DNA from: the human T2T-CHM13v2.0 reference genome, Homo sapiens
Assembly (NCBI RefSeq): GCF_009914755.1
Contig: NC_060925.1
Length of the DNA: 64,000 nt
Strand: one strand, 5' to 3'
Shown here: piece after piece, positions 1-24,156 of the stretch
Numbering within the stretch: the first letter of the stretch is position 1
How the letters are laid out: the number at the start of each line of letters is the position of its first letter
Notes under the pieces: generated by a model
Databases searched by the model: none
Told to the model about the DNA's origin: nothing
What the model saw: the letters and a program-made list of their open reading frames with translations, nothing else
Position numbers and translations under genes: made by a program

Positions 1-863
1 GGTTCGCATGCTTGTGGATTTCTTGTGTGAATTTAGGACATTTATTTGGCCAAGAGTGGGAAATTTATAGTTGGAGTAGTAAGATTTGGGAGGACTTCAA
101 GTACCTTGATCCTGTAATCCCCAGCTCCTTCTCTCTCTGATGAAGTCATTTCTGATGTGAAGACACTTGGATGACCTCATCTGAGGTAGCTAACTTGCAA
201 GGGGGTGCAAGCTCTCTTTGTGCCCCACACCTACCACTTCTCATACTCATACATGCTGTTCCATGCTTTCATCCCTATGCATCTTCTGTTCCTTGTCCTT
301 GAAGTAGACTGTCTCCTTCTGGTGAAATCTTATTTTTACTTTAAAACCTTGTTCTGGGATCAGTTCCTTTGGGAGTCGCTCCTGTTCTCCACAGAAGAAT
401 TAATTACTCCTTCCACTCTATACCATGTCCATGTATACACACCATTTTATTGCCCAGATGTCATGGTATTCTTTGCATTTATTTACTTTTAAAATAAAAA
501 TGTCACATGGAAGGGGGAATATGATTTTTCCATGGTGCTCCAGAGGGAAAAGCCAGGCCCAAAGAATATAAGTAACAAGGAAGTACATTTTAGCTTAACT
601 TAAGGGAGAACATTCTTATCATTAGAGCTTCACAAATGACACAAGCTGTTTAGAGGTGGTAAGCTTCTGCTTAATGACATTTTTAAAAATTGTGCATTCA
701 TTTAATAAGATTGCTTAGAAAGGATATGGTATGGCTTACAATATGTACGTGATCAACTCTTTGCCTGTTGCTCTGAACTCTTCTCAGTTCCTTCCACTCC
801 AGCCACACTGGCCTTCTTGCTCTTCCTGAAATGGGACAAACCCATTGCCTCCACTGGACCTGA

Positions 864-1260
<397 letters not shown>

Positions 1261-2194
1261 AGAAAGGGCTCTTTTGATCACTCTGTCTTTACCAGTCTGT
1301 TCCCCACTCCCCATATTCTTGCCCTCTCCACTTAATTTGTGAATGTTCTGCACAAAATCTATCAATATCTGAAATCATAAGTTTTGTTTACTTATTACCT
1401 ATCTTCTATATTACAGTGCATCTTCCAAGATGAAAGGGATCTTACCTTTTTTATTCATTCCTGTGTCCTTATAAACTGTACCTGAAACAGTTTCTAGCAC
1501 CATAGTAGTTGCCAAAAAATGTTTGTTGAACACATAAATTTTTTATAATAACTCATTAATAACCGACTGGTTAGTTGGTTGTTCTCAGCACTGAATCTTG
1601 ACCAACTTGAATAGTAGATGGTTGAATATGGTGGCTCTAACATCCTTTTCCCAATTTGGCTGAAAATGAATTCCTTCCCTCCATCAAGTCCCAGATGTTA
1701 TTCCATCCCAACAATCACTTTTATAGAACAGATAGTTGATGCATGATGGTACTTGCATGTGCTCTGAAAATACCCACCAATACCCAAATATCTCTAATGT
1801 GTGTGTGCTTGAAATTGTACCTCTAGAGATTTACTTCCTTGTATCATCAAAGAATTACAGTCTTAGAGTCCTGTAATAAATTGTTGGACTGGAGGTCATA
1901 AACTGGTTTGTTAGATTTTATATTTAAATAAAAATATGCCTATTAGAGGATGTGTTCATAATATATTGTCTGGAAAAATTTTGAAAAGAGACAAATGTTC
2001 TGGGAAGGTAGGTAGGAAAGCAGTGAGTCCTCAGTTCTGGAAACGGTGGCATGGTACTTCTCTATCAAGGCCAGTTCATAGAAAATTATATTATAACATG
2101 ACTTAGGGTAAGATGCAAATGACTGATTATGTGAATTAGTGGTCTGTTACCCTATCTAGAAGCAGCTGAAATTTTAGATGATAAATTAGTACAT

Positions 2195-3845
<1,651 letters not shown>

Positions 3846-3867
3846 TTTTAAATAAAAAGAAATTTTA

Positions 3868-5810
<1,943 letters not shown>

Positions 5811-6219
5811 AAATCATCTCATTTTGAGGCAACTGAAGCCTAAAATCGTTAGAGAAGCGCTTTGCCCAAGGATTCACACAATAGTGTTGCAAATGGAGAT
5901 TTAGCACTAAGTCAGCTGTGTTGTTTTCACTATACTGGGTGCCTACATAGCAACTAGACCATGGAAAGTCTTCGCATATCTACGAGGATGCAATTTTTGA
6001 TAGGAGTTGGTCATAGTCAAGAGTGACTAGATGGCCACTTCTAAATCTTGTTGGTGCTGGATTTCCTAAACTCTGTGGGATTACTTCTTTTTTTGACCTC
6101 AAAACAGAAAAATTTCCTCTGTAACACGATTCACTAACACATGAGGTAATCACACTGCTTTGAGGTCTGTAAGGATCAAGTTGGAACCGTCATCCCCTTC
6201 CCTGGCAGTCCCTAAAATC

Positions 6220-7080
6220 CTTCGAGATGACGTCACCCAACGAGTTCAAGAGGGCGGTGCGTTCCTAACCACACCTTCTGCAACCCAAGTGCCGCCCCTC
6301 TGACTTTCTCCTTTTTCCTTTTTTCCGGAACGCCGGAACGTAAGACGTGGGTCACGCAACAAGAGCAACTAGTCCCGGAAGCAAAAAGCAAAGAGGCGGA
6401 GAAGAAGACGGGAAGCAGAGCCCGCGTCCGGGTCGGCCGGCAGGGGGCGGGGCCGGGCATGGTAACGGCTCGGAAGCCTAGGAGGCTGGGCCGGAGGGAG
6501 GCGGAGGAACCGGTGTTCGCCGCCGCCGCTGCTTCAGCTTATTCCTTGTGGCCTCTGCGGGTCCTGCCTCAGCCATGATGATCCACGGCTTCCAGAGCAG
6601 CCACCGGGATTTCTGCTTCGGGCCCTGGAAGCTGACGGCGTCCAAGACCCACATCATGAAGTCGGCGGATGTGGAGAAGTGAGGCTTCGGGGCACGGGGT
6701 CTGGGCGCTGGCCGGTTGCTGGCCCAGGGCGGGAGGCAGGGCGAACTCTGTGCAGCCCCTCCCCTTTTCCCTGAGGCGGAGGTTCGGTCCCTCCGGACCG
6801 GACCTTTGATTGACAACTTCGATAAATAATCCAGTCACACTTCCGGGCCCTTTGGTTGGGGATCGCCAGGCGCTGCTTTCGTCAACTGTCAATCCGCCTG
6901 GGTTTGAGTAGAGTGTGACTGTTCTGGTGGACTTTCCCCTCACCAAACGTCTCCTCCTGCCTCAGCCTGCACCACCTTTCTTTCTGGGTGGCTGTTGCCT
7001 GTTTTCTTAGGGGTTAATGACGGGGATGATTTATAAGTTTGGTTTCTGTCACGTCAGGTGCTGTGCCCGGCGCTTGAGAT
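6220..7080 (+). promoter_or_regulatory. TIPRL CpG-island promoter
   Basis: CpG-dense with no obvious TATA box; palindromic CRE TGACGTCA 6228-6235; ETS cores CCGGAA at 6325, 6333 and 6375; GC box GGGGCGGGGC 6444-6453. Confidence 0.85.
6575..6678 (+). CDS. TIPRL: TIPRL (TIP41-like PP2A regulator) coding exon 1
   Basis: gccATGATG start; translates [34 protein letters not shown](K); 104 nt; donor AA|gtgagg; lies in a CpG island. Confidence 0.97.
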
Positions 7081-8299
7081 AGGAAATGTAAAAGACAACG
7101 TGCGCCTCAATTCACAGTCTCGTGAGAGAGACAGACAATTATATTACAGCGTGAATAAATGTAATGAAGATGTATACACGGAGTGATGTGAGGTCTTTTA
7201 GGGGCTCGAACCATCTGGGAAATTGGGATGCCTGAACTGAATCTTTATAAAACCGTTGCGGGGGGCGGTGGATAGGTACATGCCATCAGGTCAGGCAGAG
7301 TGAGTTGTGATGCGTTTTTGATGCCTGGGCTGAATCTTGACAAAATTTAGGGGAATCAGGGGACGCATGTAAAGCTGGGGGCTCAGGGAGAGTGAAAGCT
7401 GTGATGTGTTTAAAGAGCTGTGTCCGTGTGATTGGAGCGTGAGGTACCATAGGGGGTGTTGTGAGAGATGAGAGGTAGGCCCCAGGGGAATCAAGATACT
7501 GAGGGAATTTTTATGCCTGGCTAAGGAGTTTTCAATTTTATCTGACAACCACTGGGTGTAATTTTATCCAAAGGAGCTGCATTATCAGATGTACGCTCTG
7601 AAAGATTTCTCTGGAGGCCATGTTGAGGCTGGATTGCAGGTCCGCAGGGATGGGAAGGAGACCAGTTAGTAAGAGAAAAGATAGGTTTTAGAAGATTAAG
7701 TCCCTGGGATGGCCAGCTGATGGGAGGAGAAATAAAAAAGGAAGAGTCTATGCTGATGACAAGATCTCTGGCTTGGATTTTTGCATGTATCGTATGCCTT
7801 TGAACAAGATGAGAAGCACAGGAGGAGGAGAAGCAGATGGGGGCAGGGTGTTGGTTAGAGGATGAGTTTAGTTTATTGAAATGTGAGGTGGGTATAGGTC
7901 ATAAAGTGAAGATGTGTAGTAGGCATTTAGATATATTTATCTTGGAGCTCAAAAAAGATAACGTCTGTGGGTTTAAGTTTGGGAATTATCTGCTTATATT
8001 TGGTACCTGGAGCTTTGGGAATGAATTAAGGTATCTAGAAGTCATCCAGAGGAAAAGGTCATAAAATAGAACCCTAAGTGAGTACTTGCATTTTAAGATT
8101 TGAGCAGAGGGAGTGACCAGGGAAGAGAGGAAAGTAATGAAACGATGTTTGCTTCCTAATTCAAGAAAATAAGTGGTAATATTCTAGTAGACTCACTGAA
8201 AAAAATTAGGAAAATACAGAAAAGAAAGGAAAAAAATTTCCCTTCATCCCACCAGAAATTGAATTACTTTTTTGAGTTTTTCCTCTCTATATCTTTCTT

Positions 8300-10147
<1,848 letters not shown>

Positions 10148-11399
10148 CTATGTTTAAGAAACTCTATATTTAGAACACTGAAGGACTGTAAATTAGTAAC
10201 AGTGATTCTTTTACATATATGAGTGGAATATTTTATAGGACTGCCACATTTTTCCAGATATATTGGTTAGAATCCACAGACTCACATATTATTTCACATT
10301 TGGTATGCATTATTCAAGTTAAAACTTATTTTATGGAATCTTATGGAATATATATTCCAATTACAGTTTATTGTATCTAATCTTTTAAGTATTTAATATT
10401 TTCTATCTCCTAATAACAAAGAATAAATTTTACTTAAAATTATGATGAAAGTTAACATTGTTAGTCCTGAAGACCATTGTTAACATTGTGCAGTCCTGAA
10501 GACCTGCACCTCAAAGTTAGATCACTGATATGTGCACACAGAAATACACGTTTAGATGTAATAAATATACAATGTGTGTCCAGTTTTTTTCTTACTATTT
10601 TATCATAAGCATTTTTTCATATTATTATAGTCTCTCTTTAAACATTTGTAATGGTTCCATAATATTTCATCATATGGATATACTTTGGTTTGCATAATCA
10701 TTTGTTGCTTTATAATGAAACATTCAGAGTATTTCTTTTTCATGATTATAAGTAAAGCCATTATAAGTATTAATGTGTATAATATTTTTCTGTACTTGGA
10801 ATTATTCTTTAGTACAGGTATTCTAAAACTGATACTTTGGGTCATAAGTGTGTAAATTATGTTAAATTCCTGTGATTTTTTTTTTTTTTTGCTTGATTGT
10901 TGCCCCAGGGTGAAATGTAAATTGACACAATCCTTCTGAAAGTCTGTGTAGGCAAGTGCTGAGTTCCCTCATCAGTGTCAGGTGCTTTTGCTTTTTTCAT
11001 CACCACGTTTTGAAACTTTTAACAATTGAGAATTTTAATGGAAAAATTATTTTCCTACAAGAGACAGTATCTTTAATTGCTTTGCTATCTTTTCTTCATA
11101 CCCTCATGATATATATTATAGTAATATCTGTGTGCTATATATTATAGTAGTATAATAAGCTATTATATTACGTATTTGTATATTTATCTTATTTAGCCCA
11201 CTACTTAGTACAGTGCCATATGATGATGAAAGAATGGATGATGAAAGCATTTTATAGACCTTGCAAATATATCATATTGATTAAATCATGTGCTGTGTAA
11301 CTCATTCAGCAAGTAGGAAGAATTCTGTTGGGATGGAAAAGAAACAAAAATGCCAACAGCGATATAAAATTATCTCACCCGACTTTTGGTTACGTATAG

Positions 11400-11579
11400 A
11401 TTAGCCGATGAATTACATATGCCATCTCTCCCTGAAATGATGTTTGGAGACAACGTTTTAAGAATCCAGCATGGGTCTGGCTTTGGAATTGAGTTCAATG
11501 CTACAGATGCGTTAAGATGTGTAAACAACTACCAAGGAATGCTTAAAGTGGCCTGTGCTGAAGAGTGGCAAGAAAGCAG
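11400..11579 (+). CDS. TIPRL: TIPRL coding exon 2
   Basis: tatag|A acceptor; [59 protein letters not shown]; 180 nt; donor AG|gtgaga; phase matches exon 1. Confidence 0.97.
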
Positions 11580-12276
11580 GTGAGAATCCGGTCAATTAGG
11601 TTAAACAAAAAAGGTAATTAGGTTAAACAAAAGAGAAAAGACTTGAAAAAATATTCAGTAATGATACGTGTGTGTTGTTAGAATGAAGGGCTGGTATTAT
11701 TAAACTTGAGAGTTGTATCATTCTAGAATTCGTTTTTCTCAGACATAAAAATGGAAGTTAATTACCCCACTGCTTGAATACTTGTTAAAGTGAATTACAA
11801 CTGAGCTGAGCTATGTACGTTTTCGATTTTTCAGTGTTCCTTACTGAAGAGGCAGTAGGCTATACTTAATGTTCCTGTTTTTAAGAAAAAATGTTTACTT
11901 ATGATATGCTTAATAAATACCCTATTTGAGAAGCATTGAAATTAAGACAACATGTTTTTCTTTGATAGTCAAATCAGCAATTATTTACTTTGTGCCTAAT
12001 ATGTACTAAGTACCTTAGATGATACAAATAAGTATAAACCTTTAAACCATGTCCTCAGGCTGTATACAGACTAATTGAAAAGACTACATCAGTACATGAC
12101 AAGTTAAATAATAAATGCAGAAAAACTGTAAGAAAAACCTTGTACTGGTGAATTATAACAAGTGTATATATTTAATAGGATATGTTATTATAGAATATAA
12201 TTTGATGTGATATATAAATACAGATAATCTCTATTCTGCATCACTGAATCTGATCCTTCTCATTTTGGTATTTGAG

Positions 12277-12376
12277 GACGGAGGGTGAACACTCCAAAGA
12301 GGTTATTAAACCATATGATTGGACCTATACAACAGATTATAAGGGAACCTTACTTGGAGAATCTCTTAAGTTAAAG
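12277..12376 (+). CDS. TIPRL: TIPRL coding exon 3
   Basis: tttgag|G acceptor; (R)[33 protein letters not shown], including the TIP41-family YDWTY motif; 100 nt; donor AAG|gtaaat. Confidence 0.96.
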
Positions 12377-12988
12377 GTAAATCTTACTTTTTTCTTTCAT
12401 GAGTCATTGATTGTCTTGGACAGTCTGAGCATTAGAACTTTCTAGTAACGGGTTATTTTTTGCAACTATTTTTATCGTCCTTGTTTTCTGTTGTGGCATT
12501 CCTCAGAACCTAATGTGAGGGGGTTTTGCTTGTTGACTTATCAGTAGAAAATAAAAGACGGCATTAGTGGAAAAATTTATTTTTAAAAGTGTAGTTGGTG
12601 GCAACGGCAGACGGCCTTGTTGTTATCATTATCACTATCAAGAAACATTAAAATGTGTTTCGGGCCTTGGTAATGTATTACATGATTTAGACAGAACCTG
12701 CTAGCTTGTAGCTCACAAGTTTATAGATGAACAAATATATGAGCAAAAAGAACTTCTGGTTAGACAAAGTAGGTTTATGCCCTGTCTGCCCTGAGTATGA
12801 ACCTGAAATGACTTTAGGAAGTTACTTAATTTGAGTCTCAGTTTTATCAATAAATTGGGTAAACAGAAATATCTACCTCAAAGCAGAGTTTTGATGTGAA
12901 ATAATTTATGGGAAGCTCTCAATAAATTCTAAAGCTCTATATTAGTATTAAGTCCTGTGTGTGTAAGCCCTGCTTGAGAAGAGATTGG

Positions 12989-17143
<4,155 letters not shown>

Positions 17144-18867
17144 CATATGTTTTATATTTAGCTGGTTATTTTTTTTTTGTTGTATTTTTTAGATCCCTGG
17201 GTTCAGAGAGAGATATGTGGAGTTGAGGAAGAGAGCTGAAAAGTATAAAGTTTTAGACATATTTAGCCTTGCAAATGGAGACAATAGCATAAATAAGTTA
17301 AATATGATATCTCTAACTCATGCTTTGTTTTTTGACTTTGTCTTTCATTTTATAAGAACAAGTACGTAAATGGAAAAACTGACAGATTCATTTTGACCAA
17401 TCACTTACTGAAGGCATATGTGAAACATTAATGAAGCAATTTACTAATGAGAAAATTCAGATAATGATTAATTTTGGGGGATTCAGGAGTATCTATAAGG
17501 AGGATGTTAAAAATGTGTTCCTCTGAACTAAAATCAAATAAAAAGGACGAAATTTACAAGTGTGTGTATTTAACACTAATTTCAGTTGTGTAACCTTAGG
17601 CAGTCCTCGTTGGCAGACCAACTTTTGTTTAACTAGATCATAAACTTAATGTGTGATGCAGGGGACTGGTTATATGCCCTGCCCCTACACTCCAACTCCC
17701 TTCCCCTCCCAGTTTTCACCTCAAGAGTGGCCTTATACCTGCTCCGTACACAGTTGGAAGTAAAACTGCTTAGGGCTAAGTGTTATCTCTAAGTGACCAT
17801 GGAAGAATTATGGACATTTTTTTACCTCCTGGAAATCATATACAAACTGCCACTTTCTTTTCATGGCATCTTTTCCCCCTACATTACTTAACGTTCCCTT
17901 AGATTTCCTCCCAAAATCTGTGCAGTCTTGTAAACAACATCCTTTGTAATTTTCTTCTGATTCTTATCTAGTTATCTCAAATTACTCTCCATCTGCTAAT
18001 TTTGTCCATGAGTCAAAACAAATCACCTAATCATGACGCTTAAGTAAAGCTACATTTACTAAATATCTATGGTTTGACAAGCATTGTTGTGTTTGTTTAT
18101 GGTAAACCTGTCAAGGAGTAAAACAGCTGAGCATTTTGTAGTGAAATTAGGTGTGGTAGAAAATAGTATCACAATTCATACTTGGGTGCTGCTCAGGAGA
18201 CACTTGAGTTTAATGAGCTCCTGATATGATCTGCCTTGGGACTGTTGATGCTTTTGTTGGATTACGTGTGTGCATGTCTTAGAGCTACAAAATAATACCT
18301 TGAAAAATTGCCAACTTCATTCAAAGCTCTTTGCAATGCTAAGAGTTTCCCTCAGAATTTCTCTACAAGTTCTTGTTTACCTCATTATTTAAAGCACTTT
18401 ATTTTGTTGTAGGTTTTGGGGAGTTAGGTTGAGCAAATATCTAACATTCTAATGGAAAAATATTTTTTAAGTTCCATATGAATGTCCTAAAAGTGGCTTT
18501 CACAGCACAAATGTTCTATGACCTTCTATGATAGCAGTCGTTCATCACACTGACTGATGTTTAGTTGATTAATTTTCTCATAGTCACAACAGAAGTTGAT
18601 TTTAATATGACTTGCATGAAAAATGATAAATTTTTACTGCTTTTTTTGTGAAGCTATAATATTGGGCATCTGTAATGTCTTCAGTTTTCAGAATCAAGCC
18701 ATATTCTGATCTTTTATATCTACTAATGACACCCAAATTTAGAACTGTGTGCTCTGGCTATGTAGAAAAGACTGATTGAAAAAGAAAAGAAAAGACTGCT
18801 TTCCTGTGTCTCTGTAGCTCCTCAACTTTTTTTTTAATGTGCTCCTCTTTAAAATTTTTTCTTTCAG

Positions 18868-18999
18868 GTTGTACCTACAACAGATCATATAGATACAGAA
18901 AAATTGAAAGCCAGAGAACAGATTAAGTTTTTTGAAGAAGTTCTCCTTTTTGAGGATGAACTTCATGATCATGGAGTTTCAAGCCTGAGTGTGAAGATT
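18868..18999 (+). CDS. TIPRL: TIPRL coding exon 4
   Basis: tttcag| acceptor; [44 protein letters not shown] (FEDELHDHG motif); 132 nt; donor ATT|gtgagt. Confidence 0.97.
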
Positions 19000-19183
19000 G
19001 TGAGTATTATTTTTATTTAAAATTAATATTTTTCTTGCATTCTTAACATCAGACAAAAATATGACTCACTTTGAATAACACTGAGCCTGGCCGGGCGCGG
19101 TGGCTCACGCCTGTAATCCCAGCACTTTGAGAGGCTGAGGCGGGCTGGATCGCCAGGTCAGGAGACCGAGACCATCCTGGCTA

Positions 19184-19405
<222 letters not shown>

Positions 19406-19706
19406 TCATGTACAATTTCACTTGAATCTAGAGTGTATCTTATTGAATATCCATTATAAAATTCACAAAATATTTGTGTATTCTTAAGGCTTTATTTTAG
19501 CAAAGCATTTTTAATAGACCTGCCTGGCCACCTTGTAGTTTATTTGTTTATTATTTAACTCTAATGAAGACTGTGGCTTAATTTTCACATTTTGGATTAA
19601 AAATGATGTTGATAGGATCTGCAGACGGCAAGGTGGATGTCATTTTTTAAAATGATCCATGTGTTATGATTTCAGTGCATCATTCAACTACCACTTCAAT
19701 TTTCAG

Positions 19707-19727
19707 CCTGGTGGCGGGCACCTGTAG
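19707..19727 (+). CDS. TIPRL: TIPRL alternative terminal exon (short isoform, PGGGHL*), Alu-derived
   Basis: ttttcag|CCT GGT GGC GGG CAC CTG TAG is in frame after exon 4 and gives a 178-aa protein; AATAAA copies in the Alu tail at ~19863-19878; matches my recollection of TIPRL isoform 2. Confidence 0.8.
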   Translation, partial: PGGGHL

Positions 19728-20023
19728 TCCCAGCTACTCGGGAGGCTGAGGCAGGAGAAGCGTGAACCCGGGAGGCGGAGCTTGCAGTGAGCTGAGATCG
19801 CACCACTGCACTCCAGCCCTCCAGCCTGGGCGACAGAGCAAGACTCCGTCTCAAAAAAAAAAAATAAAATAAAATAAAAGAAGTAGAAAACACACATAAC
19901 AAGTATGGTTATTCATATTTCTTTACCACTGCATTATAATTGGGTCTCTAATACTTTCCAGAAATAACTCAACTGAAACTTTTTACTAAATGCCTCATTC
20001 TTTAAGACCCAAAGACCCAGCTA

Positions 20024-20515
<492 letters not shown>

Positions 20516-21506
20516 TTAAAGAATGAAAATAATACAAAAGCAGCAACAGATTTGTTTTAAAGTCAAATTTTAGCTACTTGGGAGGCAGAAGCAGGAGGAT
20601 TGCTTGAGCCCAGGAGGTCAAGGCTACAGTGAGCTATGATGGTGCCACTGCACCCCAGCTTGGGAGACAAAATAATTTTATTTTTAGATAAATAAAAAAT
20701 TTTATTTTTCTTATCTAAAAATAAAATTAGTTTTTTCGGTGGAATCAAAGGATTTTGAAATTGTAGTGAATTTTTAGAGAATCATTTTTTGTAGCCTCCA
20801 TATTTTATAGATAAGGCCTAAAAAGATAGCTTAAGGTCATGAAACTAATTGCAAAGTTTTCTTTGTATCATCTAATATATATCATTATTCTAGCATTAGA
20901 TAGTTGTTTTCATAGGCTTTACTTCTTTGCTCACTTATAACTCTAAATTCACTTTTTTTTGTTTAGATTTATTCTCTCTTCAGTTCACCTAGTCTTGTAT
21001 CTTTCCACTTGTCTACCACCTGTTGAATTGACTATGCTAAATGTTCATTATGAGTTTGCATACCTGGGTGTGCATTTGTATCCAAGGGGGTATATATATC
21101 ATGTCTATAAGTGGGTCGGTATTTGGAAAGCACATGTGGTTTTGTGGATGGAGTTGCTTGAAAGGATATGTGTATAAATATGTGTGTACAAGAATACATA
21201 GTAAGTCTTAAACTGAAGAGCATTTTTTTAACCAACTACTTTAAGCTGAAGTATTAGTTCATAGATATTACTATCCTGTAGTGAAATTTGTAGATGATTT
21301 AATCCACCTACTTTGCAGCAATCAACATATTTTAACTATAAAATTAAAGGAAATTGGTTTAGAATAAAATATATTTTAATACTTAAATGCATAATATGAC
21401 TGCACCAAAGACATAATGAAGCAGTCAGGTACTTATATTTGCATATTGAGTCACCGTAAATGTGACAGCAAAAAATGTAGGCTGACAGAGATGTAAGGTA
21501 TCAATC

Positions 21507-21890
21507 AGTGACTCTTAACACAATTTTCCAAAATGATGAACAACTCTTAGTGAAGTTCTAAATAAGAAAAAGTATAATCTTTCCTTGATTTGGAAAATAG
21601 TTGACTTCCTGGATAATTGAGTGATTTTTTTTTTATTATCTATGTAAAATGGAAATAGTTTCTAAAGTCAGATCATTATAAGTAGGCTTTTTCACCTCTG
21701 TGAATGCCTGGTAAGATACTGCAAGTTTTGTGGAATGCAGGACTGGACTTTGTTGTATAGGATTGTCCTGTGCATCCCAGATCTGTCGTTCTGGTCCTTA
21801 TTCACTAACTGTTGATATTGGTTGCTTATTGATGTGACAAGAAAAAGTACTCTCACAAATTCCCAAACGTCCCCTAGGAAAGAACTACTG
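21507..21890. mobile_element. Probable hAT-Charlie (MER20-like) element
   Basis: Degenerate CAGT..ACTG termini and MER20-like 3' part (attgtcctgtgcat..caaacgtcccct). Confidence 0.4.
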
Positions 21891-23922
21891 CCCTAAAATA
21901 TGCTATTGTATTGGCACTAGAGTTCTGGTCTCCTAATTCCTACTCTCTCCACTGTGCCATGCTAAAATGATATTTCAGTTTACTGCCTGTGTTGTGTCCA
22001 GTGTGACTGTTGGTAACTAATTTTGAAATTTGAAGAAATGTTGCAAGTCAGTTTTTCCATAAATTACACATATCACTGTGTAGTAATGTCAAATAATAAT
22101 GATGTGCTTCTCAATTTGTTGTGACATCAAGTTGTCATAAGTCAGGTTATTTCTACAGCTTTCCTTTACTAAAAGTCTTTTTTTTAAGTCTGTTGCTGAT
22201 AACCCCATCAGAATACACTTTGGCTCAGAGCCTTTTCTCCAGCAAAGGTATTAATACCTTCTAGCTTCAGTTTTATCCGGAAAATGGTTAATGAGCACCT
22301 GCTGTGTGCTAGGTACTTTTCTAAGCAATAGAGATGTGGTGATGAACAAAGCAGATATTTCCACCACCATGGAGCCTACAGTCAAGTGGAAACATAAATG
22401 AAGATAGTTACAAATCCGTTAATTCGTAATGGAGTGCTATGAGAGAGAATACCAAGATAAATCTATTGTGGTATGGAATGGTAAGAAAGGCCCCTCTGTG
22501 GAAGTGACATGTGTACTGAAATCTGAAGGACAAGTGAACATTAGCCGGGAGAATACTCCAGGTAAGGGAAGAGGGTGTGTAATGGTCCCAAGGCAGAAAA
22601 GAATTTGGCCTGTGGCTGGTGACTCTCCAGGCAGTTAAGTCACTGTCATTACTGGGTTATCCTGTTATTTCTTCTTTCATCATTAATGTAGCCCTGTGCT
22701 TATATGTAAGATTATAGGCAGTTCCCTGAATATATGTTATTATTTCATGTCTCAGTACTTTTTGTACATGCAGGTCCCCTTTCTGAAATTCTCCTTCCCA
22801 TCTCTAGCTGTTCTTTCTGTGGTCAGCTCAAGCCTTGTCTTATCTGATGTTCTTCAGCAGACTTAGGTACTTCTTTCTCAAATGCTTATTGAGCCTTGTG
22901 CATACCCATTATAGCAGCTACCACATCTGTTTGACCTTTCCCTGGCTGATAACCTTTTTGAGCATTGGGATTCTATTTTTTCATTTATATAAATCCAAGA
23001 CTTACTATAGTAAGAACTTGGTGTTAGTAGACAATAGGTATTTATTCAGCAAATGGCCAAGCATATTCATTTTAATTAATTAATTAATTTTGGGACAGGG
23101 TCTTGCTCTGTTGCCCAGGCTGGAGTGCAGTGTTACAATCATGGCTCACTGCAGCCTATCTCCCAGGCCCAAGCCATCCTCCCAGCTTAGCCTTCCACGT
23201 AGCTAGGACTACAGGCTTGTGCCACCGTGCTTTGCTAATTTTTTGTATTTTTTGTAGAGATGGGGTCTGACTCTGTTGCCCAGGCTGGTCTTGAACTCCT
23301 GGGCTCAAGTGATCTTTCCACCTCAACCTTCCAAACTGCTGTGATTATAGGTGTGAGCCACCATGCCAGCTAAACATATTCATTTTAAAGACCCAAATAC
23401 CTCACATTCCATTCAACCGCTCTCTCCCCGCCACCAGGACCCACCTTCATACTTTCTCCACTGATTCTGCCTATCATTAGTAGTTATACTTGGAAAGCAG
23501 AGGAATTTGTAGATGTGCCACAGATGAAAGATGTTAAGAATGTGTTATAGTGTTCTGATAAACCAGGTCTTTAGCAATATGTAATAGTGCCTACAGGTTG
23601 CACTGAATTAGAGCATTCTGTGTAAGGTCTGTTGCTTTGTTTTATGTAAAGTGAATAGGTGAGTAGTGACAAAGAACTAGGTTGTTCTTTCATTTTGGTT
23701 TTATTGGTGTTGACATTTACTATCAGTACCTGCCATTTTTTGAAATAAACATTATAATTTTTACATTACTTGGGTATGTTTTTAAGTCTTTTAAACCTCA
23801 ATATCTCCTCACCTAGAAAAAATATTTTAGGAAACCGAAACTATGATGTTAAATAGTTTGCACAAGGTTTTGAGGCTAGTTGGAGCTAGGACAAAGAGCT
23901 TCTAGTTGAGAGATTTTTATAA

Positions 23923-24156
<234 letters not shown>

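Noticed and set aside
6233-6946. Antisense ORFs over the TIPRL promoter and exon 1
   Set aside because: GC-rich artefacts with no homology or splice support visible.
11386-11583. 65-aa ORF as a standalone gene (likewise 23926-24159, 59231-59422, 62409-62699)
   Set aside because: These are true exons plus flanking intron read in frame.
11580-12276. TIPRL intron 2 as a U12-type intron because of its odd acceptor
   Set aside because: The donor is GTGAGA rather than RTATCCTT, and there is no TCCTTAAC branch point.
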